A stretch of 64,000 nt of DNA from Octopus bimaculoides. Its lineage: Eukaryota. Every line of letters begins with the position of its first letter. The first letter of the stretch is position 1. Shown in pieces: positions 1-11,998 of the stretch. A program made the translations under genes and the position numbers. Under the pieces are notes generated by a model that saw only the letters and a list, made by a program, of their open reading frames with translations, was not told the origin of the DNA and searched no databases. The stretch is taken from contig NC_068983.1 in the NCBI RefSeq assembly GCF_001194135.2, positions 145,644,778 to 145,708,777 of the forward strand, given 5' to 3'.

Positions 1-669
1 TCATTATCATACTGCATAGCTATCAAATCAATATTTGATTGTTATACAGTGTAATACTTCCAATACATCTCAGTTCACAAATTAACTCCTGCCAGGATTC
101 AATGTTGTTATTCATTCCTGTATAGTTGATAAAATAAAACAGTAATAATATACTTGGGTCAGTCATTTCTGTCAAATATTAGCTGTAGTTGTTGCTTTCA
201 ACAGTTGACTGAGCACCTAATTCTAACTTGGCTGAGCACCTAATTGTATCAAGGCCTAGCACCTAAGACACAACTTGTAATGTGGTTTTTAGAATAGCCA
301 CACAATACCCTTACAAGTCATAAGAGCTAACTAAAACAAATGGTATCAAGAAAGACATCCAGCTATAATTCATTATCTCAGAAAGTTCCATCTAACCCTT
401 GCTAGCATGGAAAATTAGATGTAAATTAGTTGTTGAGAACATTTCTTAGGTGTGGATTATATGTGGAACAAATGAAGGTGAACATGAATGTGGGATATTT
501 TGAACAAGTTGAGTTGCCATCTGTTGGTGGACATAGCACCTTCGTAAAAAACGGTAAAAAAAAAAGTTTTTAGAACACCTGAAAACAGAATATTAATTCT
601 GAGGATGTTACAATGTGAAATACAAGGAAATAAGTGATTGTATTCTGGATGGAGTATGTTGTTGTTAAC

Positions 670-895
670 TGGTAGAATTTTAGAGCATTGGTAAAATACT
701 TTGCAGCATTTGTTCTAGCTCTTTATGTTCTGAGTTCAAATCTCACCAAGGTCAACTTTGTCTTTCATCCTTTTGGCATTGATAAAATAAAGTACCAGTC
801 AAATATGGGTCAATGCAACCAACAATGTAACATAATGGTTACTCATATCTCTCTCTAAAATTACTGGCCCTGTGCCAAAATTTGAAACAATTATT
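670..895 (+). mobile_element. tRNA-derived SINE, family E (tail ...ggccctgtgccaaaatttgaaac)
   Basis: B-box-like gagttcaaatc; aligns by eye to a minus-strand copy at 36825-37030 and a partial copy near 23375-23525. Confidence 0.65.
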
Positions 896-1755
896 TTGTA
901 GTGTGTGTGTGTGTGTGTGTAAAAAAAATTTATATAAAAAAAAAAAGAAGCAATTTCCAGATTGGTTTCATCTTTAATGCTCTTTATCATGCATATAACA
1001 CAGTGCAAATGGCAGGATGTGAACTAATGACCATTTAACTGGCAGTTTGATGCACTTTTAATCTAGACAGCTAAGGTTATGAACTCCCTTTAAACATCCT
1101 TAATATTTCATTATATATTTTTTCGTTATATTATATTACATCCTTTTCTCTTCTATGGGTGGGATTGTTTGGAAAATTTAGCTAATGTATTTTTATCTGG
1201 ATACCCTTTAAACAGTAAAATTATTAACCATCCACTCTAAAATAGCAGCAGCAGCTATTTTAGGATCAAGGTATGTTAAATAATGTTGCTTGTTTTATGG
1301 ATTACAACACAGTGGCTGTAATAATTTTTGATCTCACAATCATTTTGCCAGAATCCCTATGACTCATACAGATATATCCTTAAATTTTGGCCTAAGATAG
1401 ATTTGTAATAAAAATTCATCTGAAAAAAATTCTCATTTCTCACAATATCATGGTAATGTCTTGTTTGCCAAATGTTTTTAAATAAACGTTTTTATTTGTA
1501 TTTTTTCATTGTTTTTCTTAAATAAATCAAAGTAGTTGTTATAGGCTGCAATCTAATGGGGCTACCAGATTATTGCATTTCATTGAGTTCACTGTTTTTA
1601 AATATTAATTTTAGGGAATGTTTAAGGTTTGATGCACAAACCATTTATTTCTATTTAACACCAGAGTTCAGTGGATTAGATGAATAAGTTTAATGAGTAA
1701 ATTTGAGTAAAGATAATAGAGATAGAGTTACAAAACAGCAAATAGTGAAATAAAG

Positions 1756-1756
<1 letters not shown>

Positions 1757-1821
<65 letters not shown>

Positions 1822-1935
1822 NNNNNNNNNNNNNNNNNNNNNNNNNNNNNNNNNNNNNNNNNNNNNNNNNNNNNNNNNNNNNNNNNNNNNNNNNNNNNNN
1901 NNNNNNNNNNNNNNNNAAAAAAAAAAAAAAAAAAA
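1757..1935. repeat. (AG)n microsatellite, 95-N assembly gap (1822-1916) and poly(A)
   Basis: Directly visible. Confidence 0.95.
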
Positions 1936-2381
1936 AGACCAACTGCAAATAATTTACTAGAAGTATTTTCCATGAAAGAATTATGTGAAAGGAAAAATCA
2001 ATATGTTGTCATGCATGCATGCAATGAGGCACACACATACACATGCATGCATAAACATGCTATCTGTATTGTTTTCATGAAGAGTAATTTGAGGAAAAGG
2101 AAAGCACCCTCACTGATCCATTGTTTACTATTTTGTTGTGTAATGAGGTTTTTAAGCCTGCACTGTCATTCATTGGCATGTCCATTAGAAATTATTCATG
2201 TTGAGGCGGGTTAAACTGAGAAACTTTTCCAGAGAGAGAGAGTAAATAAAAAATAATATAAAGTATTTGTTTATTCAAATTTGATTTCTATGATGATCAG
2301 TTATTTATTTTACTCAGTGCTAAAGTATCCTGTACATTAAACCATAAAAAATCAGAAGAATAAGTATTTACTTCTCTTCCT

Positions 2382-2586
2382 CCTATAAATGGAGTAAAAC
2401 TGAGTCAGCTGTTTGATCTTTTGTACGTGGCAAGATGATCAACTTCAAGGAAGAAAGAAATGGAAGTTGTGGTGTTTAGCCCCTTCCCTGGAATATTTGT
2501 TGTGTAAATGAAGAGAAATAACTCCAACCTAGATTTGAAATTGACTTCCCTGCAAGCACATGACTCAGTTTTACTCCATTTATAGG
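2382..2586. repeat. Perfect 26-bp inverted repeat (2382-2407 / 2561-2586) around a 153-bp spacer; MITE-like or template-switch product
   Basis: cctataaatggagtaaaactgagtca is the exact reverse complement of tgactcagttttactccatttatagg. Confidence 0.85.
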
Positions 2587-2675
2587 GGAAACACCAAGTA
2601 ACATAATGGTTACTCATATCTTAGCAATATTTCATTGAGTAAAAAAAAATAAATGATTGTCAACAATAGTGATAT

Positions 2676-2870
2676 ACTGTGCTTGGGAAGACCTGTCAAG
2701 CCAAGTGAGATCATAGTCATGGCTGATGCCGTGTTACATAACCGGTACACATGCTGGTGGCATGTAAAAAGCATCCACTACACTCTTGGAGTGGTTAGTG
2801 TTAGGAAGGGCCATATTAGGTTGAAACCTGGTGCAGCTCCCCAGCTTACCAGTTTTCAGTCAAACCTCTA
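2676..2870 (+). mobile_element. RTE LINE ORF-end/3'-UTR fragment
   Basis: gaagacctgtcaagccaagtgag ... ggcatgtaaaaagcatcc ... taggaagggc motifs shared with other copies in the window. Confidence 0.7.
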
Positions 2871-3645
2871 AACTGCTACCAAAGGGATGTAATATTTCCA
2901 AAGTTTTCATTCATCCTTATCTAAACATAATATATCCACTGTAATTTACATATTAGTTTTAATCAGTACCATATTATAGTAGAGTGGATGTAGGTATAGT
3001 TGTAGACAAGAAGTTTAGCTTGTGACCATTTGGCTCAGAGCCCACTACCACTGTATGACACTTTGGGCAAGTAGCTTCTACTGTAGCCTTGTGAGAGAGA
3101 CATTTGACAAGTGGACACTGCATACACAATATATGTGTGAGCATGTGCTTGCTTGCATGTGTACACCCCCCCCCCCCCACACACACACACGGGGTGTGTG
3201 GTTTAGAAATTTGTGAGAGTGTGAAAAGAGAGTGAGAGATAATGAGGAAAAGAATTTAGTGTAAACACAGGTGGAGTGGGGTGTTAGGAAGATGAGTTAT
3301 GAGGGAGAGATCTGTCGGTGACAGATTGTGTGCTGGTAAGTTCCTGTAAGTTCACTCTGGTGTAAAAGGATATATATATACACACACACACATACACAGA
3401 TGCGGGTGTGGGTGTATGTTTCTCCTGACATTGCTTTACCACCAGTGTTGTTATAGTGGTTCAGCAAAAGGCACTTATAGACCAGACATAAATAGCAATA
3501 AGTAACAGTGCAATGACTGAAACACGTAAGAAGACAAAAACAGAAATGAGTGTCATTTTACTTCTTCATTCTGAGTCTTTGTGTTGCCTATTGGAGTCCA
3601 TGAAATAAATACCAAGTACATAAATTCCCTATGAAATTTCCCTGG

Positions 3646-4425
3646 AAAATTGTTAGGGTACAAGTAGGGGTTCACCAATGATTGGTCCTCAGCCCCCTCG
3701 TGTTCATCTTCCAGGCAATGACAGAGGAATTCAAGACAGACTGCCCCTGGGAGCTCCTCTATGCTGGTGACTTTGTTCTTATAGCTGAATCACTACCAGA
3801 ACTAGAGAAGTTTCAGGCATGGAAGCAAGGTCTAGAATTGAAGGGCCTTAGAGTTAACCTAGCAAAATAAGCCTTAGTAAGTAGGAAGGTAGACAAATCA
3901 CATATCCCTTCAGGTAGATGGCCCTGCTCGATCTGTAGAATAGATGTAGGTAGAAATTCCATAACATGTACCTAGTGTAAGCTATGGGCACATAAGACGT
4001 GCAGCAATATCAGAGGAAGGTTAACAAGGAAAATAGCTTTTGTGTGTGGAAGACGCTGGGCAACGTTTAGAGAGCTCTTATCTCTGCTGGCAACAAAGGG
4101 CCTCTCCCTCAGAGTGAAAGGCAGATTGTATGATGCCTCTGTGTGAACAGCTATGCTATACAGTAGTGAGGGCATATGTAGGCTTGAAAGCAATGAAGCC
4201 AGTATGCTTCACTGGGTGTGCAATGCCAGTGTGCATGTTTGACAGTGTAAGTGTCTTGAGAGGAAGGTTGGGCATAAGAGGCATCAGATGTGGTATGCAA
4301 GAGAGACAATTGTGTTGGTATGGTCATGTGATACATATGGACAAGGACAGCTGTGTAAAGAAGTGCCAATCTCTAACTGTGGAGGGAACCTGTGGTAGAA
4401 ATGAGATTTTGACTAAATACAGTTG
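3646..4425 (+). mobile_element. Decayed RTE-clade LINE reverse-transcriptase fragment
   Basis: Translates to VLSPLVF..AMTEEFKTDCPWELLYAGDFVLIAES..GLRVNLAK (YADD-type RT motif), then a WPCSIC/WAHKTC Cys-rich segment and WYGHVIHMDKDSCVKKC; several frameshifts. Confidence 0.9.
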
Positions 4426-5486
4426 ATCCAATATAAAAATCCTCAAAATATAACTGTTGCATGAATTTGGATGAAATTTCTGGTACATGAGTGTACATTG
4501 TGAATGTGGCTTTTACATGTTGTGTTGCTTTCATTAGCCAATGTAGGTTGAATACAGTTAAGTTGATTACAGAGAGAGAGAGAGAAGACAGAGACAGAGA
4601 TATATTGATCCTGAGTTATTGATTTCCTGTCCCAGATCTGAAATTTTGCTCTAGTTAATCTGTGTAACTTGGAAGTTCAGCAATTCCCATCAGTGATGAG
4701 AGAGAGAGAGACAGAGAGAAAGATCCATGATGTGCTTTGAACCCCTCCATTCAAAGGTTTTTAAGGTTAAGCAAATTAGTGTTATTTAGAATATCCCCCC
4801 CCCCCCCAAAAAAAAAAAACTACTAGCTTGCAGAGACTTACATTTAAAAAGTATCATCAAATTAAAATTTTTGTTCATCCATACCATTGATGCAATATCA
4901 ACTAGATGACACTCGTGTTCTGAATTGATAAATCCAACATTACTTAGATGAAATATCATTCTAATTATTTTATCCATATCACCCTAATTATTTTATCCAA
5001 GTTCAAACACTCTCTAATTAAGTCATTAGTATATGAATAATTAACATATAATATCACTAAGTTATAACACAAGTGCCTGTAGTATTAAATGCCATTATAT
5101 TCAATAACCAATGGGAGTAAAATTCAGAGAAAAACACATGCATGCACATACACACACAATGCAAGCAGGAAATCTTTTGAAAGGAAGTTCTTTCTAAAAT
5201 AACGCTAAATATTATTTCTTGTTCAGAAGAATACTTAGTTCCAGTTTTTGACTCCAAACAACAACACGGTTTGAAGTGGTTTAAGATCTGGCAGCTCTAT
5301 ACCTATACAAGTGTCTGGATAATAAAGACAATAAGGGACTGGATAACTATCTGAATAGTTTGTCAGTGGCAAAGATTTTCAACTCTACAACCAAGCTGAC
5401 ATAACTCTAAGTAGATAGCACTTGGTGATAAAGTTTATTCCTGCAAACAGACTCAGCACTATAAAACTGCTGACCAATTTTGTTTG

Positions 5487-5692
5487 CTTAGTGACACTCC
5501 ACTGGTTATGGCAATGAGTTTCCAGTTGATTTGATCAACAGAACAACCTGCTTCTGAAATTAATGCGTGAGTAGCTGAGCACTCTATAAACATGCTTACC
5601 CTAAAAGTTCTCAGGGCGATTCAGCATGACACAGAATGCTACGAGGCTGGCCCTTTGAATTAGAGGTGCAACTCACTTTTGCCAGCTGAGTA
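5487..5692 (-). mobile_element. 3' half of tRNA-derived SINE family C
   Basis: Reverse complement matches 58070-58230 (tcaaagggccagcc...gctgaatc..gagaact...gttgatc..atcaactggaa). Confidence 0.7.
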
Positions 5693-5734
5693 GACCTAAG
5701 CAGTGTGAAATAAAGGACACAATGCACTTCATTC

Positions 5735-6192
5735 CTCTTTAGTCTTTGCATGCTCTCCATATTTAGAGCCCATGTCTCACTACCATGTAGCATTGCTGTT
5801 CATATACATGCATCATACAATTTACCTGTCACTCAGAGAGAGAAACTTTTGGTTGTCAACAGAGGTAAAAGTTCTCTGGACTTTCTCCATCTTATTCTTC
5901 ATCTAGCAGTAACACTCTTGGCACATCCTCCTCCTCTGCTAAATAGGTCACCTAGGTAGCAGAAATTATCTACTACTTCTTGAGGAGCATTTGAGAAAAT
6001 CAAGGGCCATTTTATCTGAAGGGGTGAAGGTCTGTCTTCTTGCTTACTAGAACCTTGGTCTTTGCTAAGTTAACTTTAAGGCCCTTCAATTCCAGGTTTT
6101 GCTTCTATGCTTTGAATTTCTTTTCTAGTTCTGTCTATTCTGCTATCAGAACAAGGCCATCAACATAGAATAGTTTCCATGGGGGCCAGTCT
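5735..6192 (-). mobile_element. Decayed RTE LINE RT fragment, antisense to the 3646-4425 copy
   Basis: Minus strand gives PWKLFYVDGLVLIAE and MLHGSETWALNMESMQRLKRNE, homologous to the other RTE pieces. Confidence 0.85.
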
Positions 6193-6224
6193 TAAATTTC
6201 TTTCTCTATATATGTGCTTATATT

Positions 6225-6470
6225 TGTTTGTTTGTGTATGTCTGTGTTTGTACCCTCTTACTGCTTGACAATCAATGTTAGTTTGTTTACATGTCTGTAA
6301 CTTAGTGGTTATGTTATCAAATGGGATGGAGTGAATAAGTACCAGACTGAAAAAGAACAGAAACAAACAAACAAGCTTAAGTAGTGAGGTTGATTTGTTT
6401 GACTAACACCCTTCAAAGTGGTGCCCTAGAATAGCTGCAGTCCAATGACTGAAACAAATGACAAAAGATA
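6225..6470 (+). mobile_element. SINE tail module X (cttgacaa..tgttagtttgtttac ... cagtccaatgactgaaac)
   Basis: Matches the tails of the SINEs at 12822-13005, 16760-16935 and 33150-33282. Confidence 0.7.
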
Positions 6471-6491
6471 ATACATATGAACATGTATGTA

Positions 6492-6995
6492 TATCATCAT
6501 CATCAGCATTTAATGTCTGCTTTCCATGTTGGCATGGGTTGGATGATTCCACATGGACCAGGCTAGCTGGGAGCTGTCCAGACTCTAAATGTCTACTGTG
6601 GCATGGTTTCTATGACAGAGTGTGCTGGGTGCTCTTCGTGTGCCACTGGCACAAGTGCATTCTTGCAGCACAAACATGGGTGCTTTTTATGTGGCACTGA
6701 CATCTGAAAGTACAAACCTGTATGTTGGAGGATAACGATTTAACTTAGCTTGGTGTGTCTTATCAAGTATAGCAAATCACCACACTTCCTAGTCCCTTGT
6801 CATTTCCTCACTGAGGCCCAGTATCCGAAGATCCTTTCTCACCACTTTGTCCCACATCTTCTTGGGTCTACTCCTTCCACAAATACCCTACACAGTTAGG
6901 GCTCGGCACTTCTTTACACAGCTGTCCTCATCCATATGCATCACATGATCAAACTAACCCAGTCTTCTCTCTTACACAAGACATTTGATGCCCCC
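6492..6995 (-). mobile_element. 5'-truncated RTE LINE: ORF C-terminus plus 3' UTR plus (GAT)n tail
   Basis: Minus strand reads DHVMHMDEDSCVKKCRAL..GRSRPKKMWDKVVRKDLRILGL and continues into the ...catgccaacatggaaagcagacattaaatgctgatgatgat tail. Confidence 0.85.
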
Positions 6996-7329
6996 TCTCT
7001 ATCTGTGCATGTGTGTGAGACAGTTGAAAGTTCTAACAAATTAACTTATCAATGAGAAATAGTTGCTTTCTATTAGTTTGTTTGTCAAATGGCCACAGCT
7101 TGGTCTTAAATGGTCTGAATGTAATATTAATTTTGAACTTAAATTGCTTATTAACTTGTAGGGCTAGTATGTGAAAAATAGAATATTACAAATATTCAGT
7201 GTTATTTTTTAATATTGTTGTCATGCTGAAGAAAGTAAACATTGTTTCCATAGTGATAGACTCTGTACTTGTATTTTTACAGTAGTGTTTTTATTCCCTG
7301 CAATATTTTTATTTGTATTCTCGTTACAG

Positions 7330-7384
7330 CTTACTTGATTATTCACTGTAATTATCACTGATATTCTAGTTATATATAGTGAAT
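7330..7384 (+). other. Candidate 55-nt non-coding (5'-UTR) exon
   Basis: Pyrimidine-rich acceptor tttttatttgtattctcgttacag ends at 7329; GTAAGT donor at 7385. Splice signals only, no transcript evidence. Confidence 0.3.
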
Positions 7385-8089
7385 GTAAGTTTCAAGTACT
7401 TGTTGTCTGACTAGTAGCATCTTTTTAGAACTGCATGAACGTCACACAGTCTCTTTTCTATCAGTTTCTCACCATTAAAGGTAAACTGTGAAGTGTGTGT
7501 GAGATATGTGATTCTGTGTGGGGAAACATCATAAATGATGAATGCATCAACAGGAACTGGAGAAGAATGAGCTAATGATTGTCTGTTTGGTTGAAATGTA
7601 AATTTGTGAGACTAACTAAATACAAACTGAATGAGGAAAGTGGTTGGGTATCAAATGTATTAACTAATATTTGCACTATCATAAACATGTAATGCTAGCT
7701 GTAAAAAAAGTACTTTTAAGTTAGTGCTGAAAGGCATCAGCCTGTGGTAGCTGTAGATCAAACAGACTTGAAAGGAAGTGTTATATTAGATCTATGGACA
7801 TTAGATACCACAAAGGAGCGAGTACATCAGTGAAATGCAAGGAATGATATTGAAATGAAAATGTTATTTCATGCTAGGTAAAAATAAATGAAAATGATGT
7901 TGATATTCCTCTTAGTATTTTCTATTCTGAGTTTAAATCCCACTGGAATTGTCAAATCTTTTATTTCAGTTGTGGGTTCAACAAGTACTAATATCATCTG
8001 GACAAAATGGAAGAACTTACAAAATCTGGTTCAGTGACCTAATCAAAATGAAACATTATTTGACAAAATAGTTTTGTGTTATAGTTATG

Positions 8090-8458
8090 GGTATGGGATA
8101 AAGAAGTTCTCTTCCTGACCACATGGTTTCAGGTTCAGTCCCACTGCATAGCACCTTGTGCAATTGTTTTCTAATATAACCATGGGCTGATCAAAACCTT
8201 AACAGTGGTGTGTGTGTATGTAGGTGTGTTTGTGTCTTGTCTTGACATCATATGCCAGTTGTAAATAAGCATCACTGTCATACAAGTGGTGTTCTTTCTG
8301 AAAACATGTCCAACCATGGGGAAATATTACCTAACTTAGAAACAAGTAAAGGTTGGCAACAGGAAGGGAATCCAGCTGTTGAAAAAAGTCTGTGTTACTG
8401 AATTGTTTCTGATCCATGCAAGCATGGAAAATTGGACCTTAAGACAATGATGATGATT
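8090..8458 (+). mobile_element. SINE: head D + (TG)n + RTE-type tail Y
   Basis: Head accacatggtttcaggttcagtcccactgc; tail cttgacatca...ggggaaatattacc...aggaagggaatccagc...agcatggaaa...gatgatgat. Confidence 0.75.
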
Positions 8459-9024
8459 ATGGATGTAACCAAGAGCTAGTGGTTTTGATGATTGCAATTT
8501 GATGGTTAAATGGATATTAATTAAAACTCTCCTTATTTTTCAGTTTTTAGTCTGTATTCTATCTTTTCTTCTCACAATTAATTGTGTAGACATATTTTTG
8601 TCATCTGTTCAAGCACATTATATTCATAGATCATTAACTAATATTATACTTGGCTTTTAGTTCATTTAAATTAATTTCAGTAATTATTACTACTTTTTAT
8701 TATGGATAATAAATGGTGATCTAATGGCAGAGAAAGTAGAGCCACAGATTAAAATTATTTTATATTGTATTTAGTTTCATCTTTCTAGTGTTCAAATCTC
8801 ACCAAATTGTTGACTGTTGTCCTCCATGGTCAATAAAATAATATTAGTAGTATACTGCAGTTTCATTCAATTAATTGTACCAAATAAATTGTGACCTTGT
8901 CTCAATGCTAGATACAATTACTGATTGTGTATGTGTGAGACTTTCACATTGTTTTTGTTTGTTTAGGTAGGCATTGGAATAATCTGTTCAGGGGTTATTT
9001 CCTTAGTAACATTGACATTGTTAA

Positions 9025-9430
9025 ATGTTCTTCAGATGTTGGGCTTCACAGAGGGGCTGACAGGAGACCAAGACTCCTGGCAGTTTGCTGTGCTTGAGAA
9101 GATATGTTAAGCTAAGTAAAGTGGTTGTCCTTGTATACTACTTGCATGTCTCCTACATCCCTTTCCTGCTGAGTGTTCCTAATCTTGCAAGCTCGTGGGT
9201 GTTGGTGCCATGTAAAAGCACCAATACTGGTGCCATGTAAATGCACTTGTACCAGTGTTGCATAAAAACACCCAGTACACTCCATATAGTGATTGGCATT
9301 AGGAAGGGCATCCTGCCGTAGAAACTATGCCAAAACAGACATGGAGCCTGGGCAGCTCTCCAGCTGGTCAGCTCCTATCAAACCGTCCAACCCATGCCAG
9401 CATGATAAATAGACATTAAATGATGATGAT
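9025..9430 (+). mobile_element. RTE LINE 3' end with three 25-bp internal units
   Basis: ORF end (LGFTEGLTGDQDSWQFAVLEK), units starting at 9204, 9229 and 9254, then taggaagggcatcc and a (GAT)n tail. Confidence 0.85.
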
Positions 9431-9446
9431 TGTTTTCTGTGTAAAT

Positions 9447-9694
9447 CAGTGGTTCTCTACCACATTTTGCCTGTTGACCCCTTTGATTCCTATTTTACTC
9501 TACTGGACACACCCTCCCTAGCCATTTGAAGTTTTAGCATATCTCGGTATATTTTTATAATTGAATATTATTAGGAATTATATAAAAAATGTTTAGAATA
9601 TGTAGAAGTGTAACTGAGTTATAGCACATAATTTTTACCAACTAAATCTTATATGGGCTCCAAGGTTCATGTGGACCCTGGTTGAGAACCACTG
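9447..9694. mobile_element. hAT (Charlie-like) MITE
   Basis: TIRs CAGTGGTTCTC.. / ..GAGAACCACTG; 8-bp flanks gtgtaaat / gtggaaat (7 of 8 match), consistent with a hAT TSD. Confidence 0.85.
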
Positions 9695-11951
9695 GTGGAA
9701 ATAAGGTGAAACACTGAAAAAATTATAACCAGGAATAAAGTTAACTGTATTGTAGACCTGGTTTATCAGAGCCTGTTCTAACTGATGTGAATACTCACAC
9801 CACTGAATTTAAAAAAAAAACAACAAAGAAAACCCCTCCATCTAACCTTCCCATTCTTGTATATTATTTAGGCACTGTAGTAAATTGTTTGCATTAATAA
9901 ACATTTAGTTGTTGGTGTTTAGCTCCAGCTGAACCCTAGTAGAGCAGACTTGTGATCAAAGGCTTTCTAAGTCTGAGCATCTCATTTTTTCAAATGTGAC
10001 CCTCCATTAATTTTCCCAGATGTGAGCAGCTAGTCTTATTTGGGTCTACTCTATCCTCTCCTCTTTTCCAAGACAGTTAAGGGAGAGTCAACTGCTGTCT
10101 CTCACAGCTCAATCAGTCATGTAGAGATTTTCTTGGTTCTCAGTTGTAAAATATAATGTATCAAGACGTAAATCAGGTCACTGTTCCTAGTGTCAGTAAA
10201 CTCAGAGATTTTCCATCAGTAAAGTTAGTTTTAATTGAGTAGAAGTATAAACAGACAAAAAACTAGCATCAGGTTAGATTATGCCATATATTTAAATGTA
10301 AGGGTGGAGTCGTTACAGGAGTGTAACCTTATGAACTACCAGTGGCCAATTGTTATCAGCAGCTATAACATCCCTACGTTTAATTACAGTCCAGAATGGA
10401 TTTTTAGGCAACAAGTCAACCTGAGCCCTAATTGTATGTACTTGTTACTGTACATCATCAGACGTAATAATTACTTAAAGTTTGTTTTATGTTCATTAGG
10501 TCTGTTTGAAATTATAATTACAAAATATAACTGCATTTGAATGCAATTCAGTATATAAATTTGAACCTATTCATTTCCAATTCTACACCAAATTGGCAAT
10601 CATATTATTAATTTCAAATGTAATTTTATAGCCAAATGTCCCTATTAATAATTAATGTTTGTAGAAATGAAATACATTGCAAATAATTTCCTTGGTAGAA
10701 CAGGGTCTGAAATATCGTATTGCATAAAGATATTTGAATTGTAATTTTGATTTTTAACATAGCACAAGGCCACAAATTTGTTGAAATGTGTTCACATAAA
10801 TGAATTAACACCAGCATTTAACCAGTATTTATTTTATAATCAGGAAACAATATACAAAATTTGACTGTAACAGTATTTGAATTTGGAATGTAGGTATTCA
10901 AAATTAAATGCTGAAATAAATTTAGTCTTCTACTCTATTACTTCACAATGGTTAGAGCACCAGGCTTACAATTGAGAGGTTGTGAGTTTGATTGCTGGAC
11001 CAAAGCTTTATGATGTGTGTGTGTGTGTGTGTGTGTGTTATACATAGAAGGAACCTAGCCTATTGGTTAGGGTGTTGGGTTCGCAAGCATATGGTTATTG
11101 GGTCAATTCCTGCATTGAGCATTGTATTGTGTCCTTAAACAAGGCATATCATTGCACATTGTTCTAGTTTATTCTGCTGAAAACAAGTACAAGTTGACTT
11201 CCTTTTGAAATTTGGTCATTCTCTCTCGCACTCCCAATTTTGTTTCTCTTTAAAAAAATTTCTGATCTCTGTTTTTGAGAAAGTAATTTATTTCATCTTT
11301 CTCTCTCCCTCCAGCTGTCACATTCTGGAGGAGGGAAGGACTGAGAGGGTGTGTGTGTTTGCTTGGCATTGCATAGATGCTTAAAACAATTAGCAAATGA
11401 GTGGTACAGGTGTTACAAGATTATACTTGCAAGTGAGAGCGAGTTTGAAAGATAACGAAACACCCCATGTGATGAAGTGAAAAATAATTGAGATATCCCT
11501 ACCTCGTGTTAATTGATCAAATAAATGTAGGCTTTGTTTAGCTGAAAGAGTACAGATCCTGTACAGATCTAAGATTCCTAACTCTCTACTGAACTCTAGG
11601 TCTGAAATTTTCAGCAGTTGCAAGCATATGTATAAATATATTTTGAAGAATTGGAAAATTCCGCCTATTCCTGGTTAACTTGTTGATATCTTTCCAGCTT
11701 TATAATTTAAGGTCTAAGGGGGTAACTCTTCTACCTTTCTTTTTTTACTTTTTAGTTTTTGTGTCTTCGTTTTCTGTTTTTTAACCTTCCGTGTTTTCTA
11801 TATGGTGCCTTAGTTTTTTTTTGCATTTCTTCTCTTATTCATTTTTTTAAAGTTTGTTATATGTGATTTGTGCTTGAATATGTTTGAGATATTTCTCAAC
11901 ATATGAAACTATTAGTAGCACTTAAAAGCATGTATTGTGTCCTTTAAATAG

Positions 11952-11996
<45 letters not shown>

Positions 11997-11998
<2 letters not shown>

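Noticed and set aside
6437-6456. Hammerhead in tail X (cagtc-caat-gactg-aaac)
   Set aside because: A hairpin plus GAAAC is present but no upstream CTGANGA in any copy.
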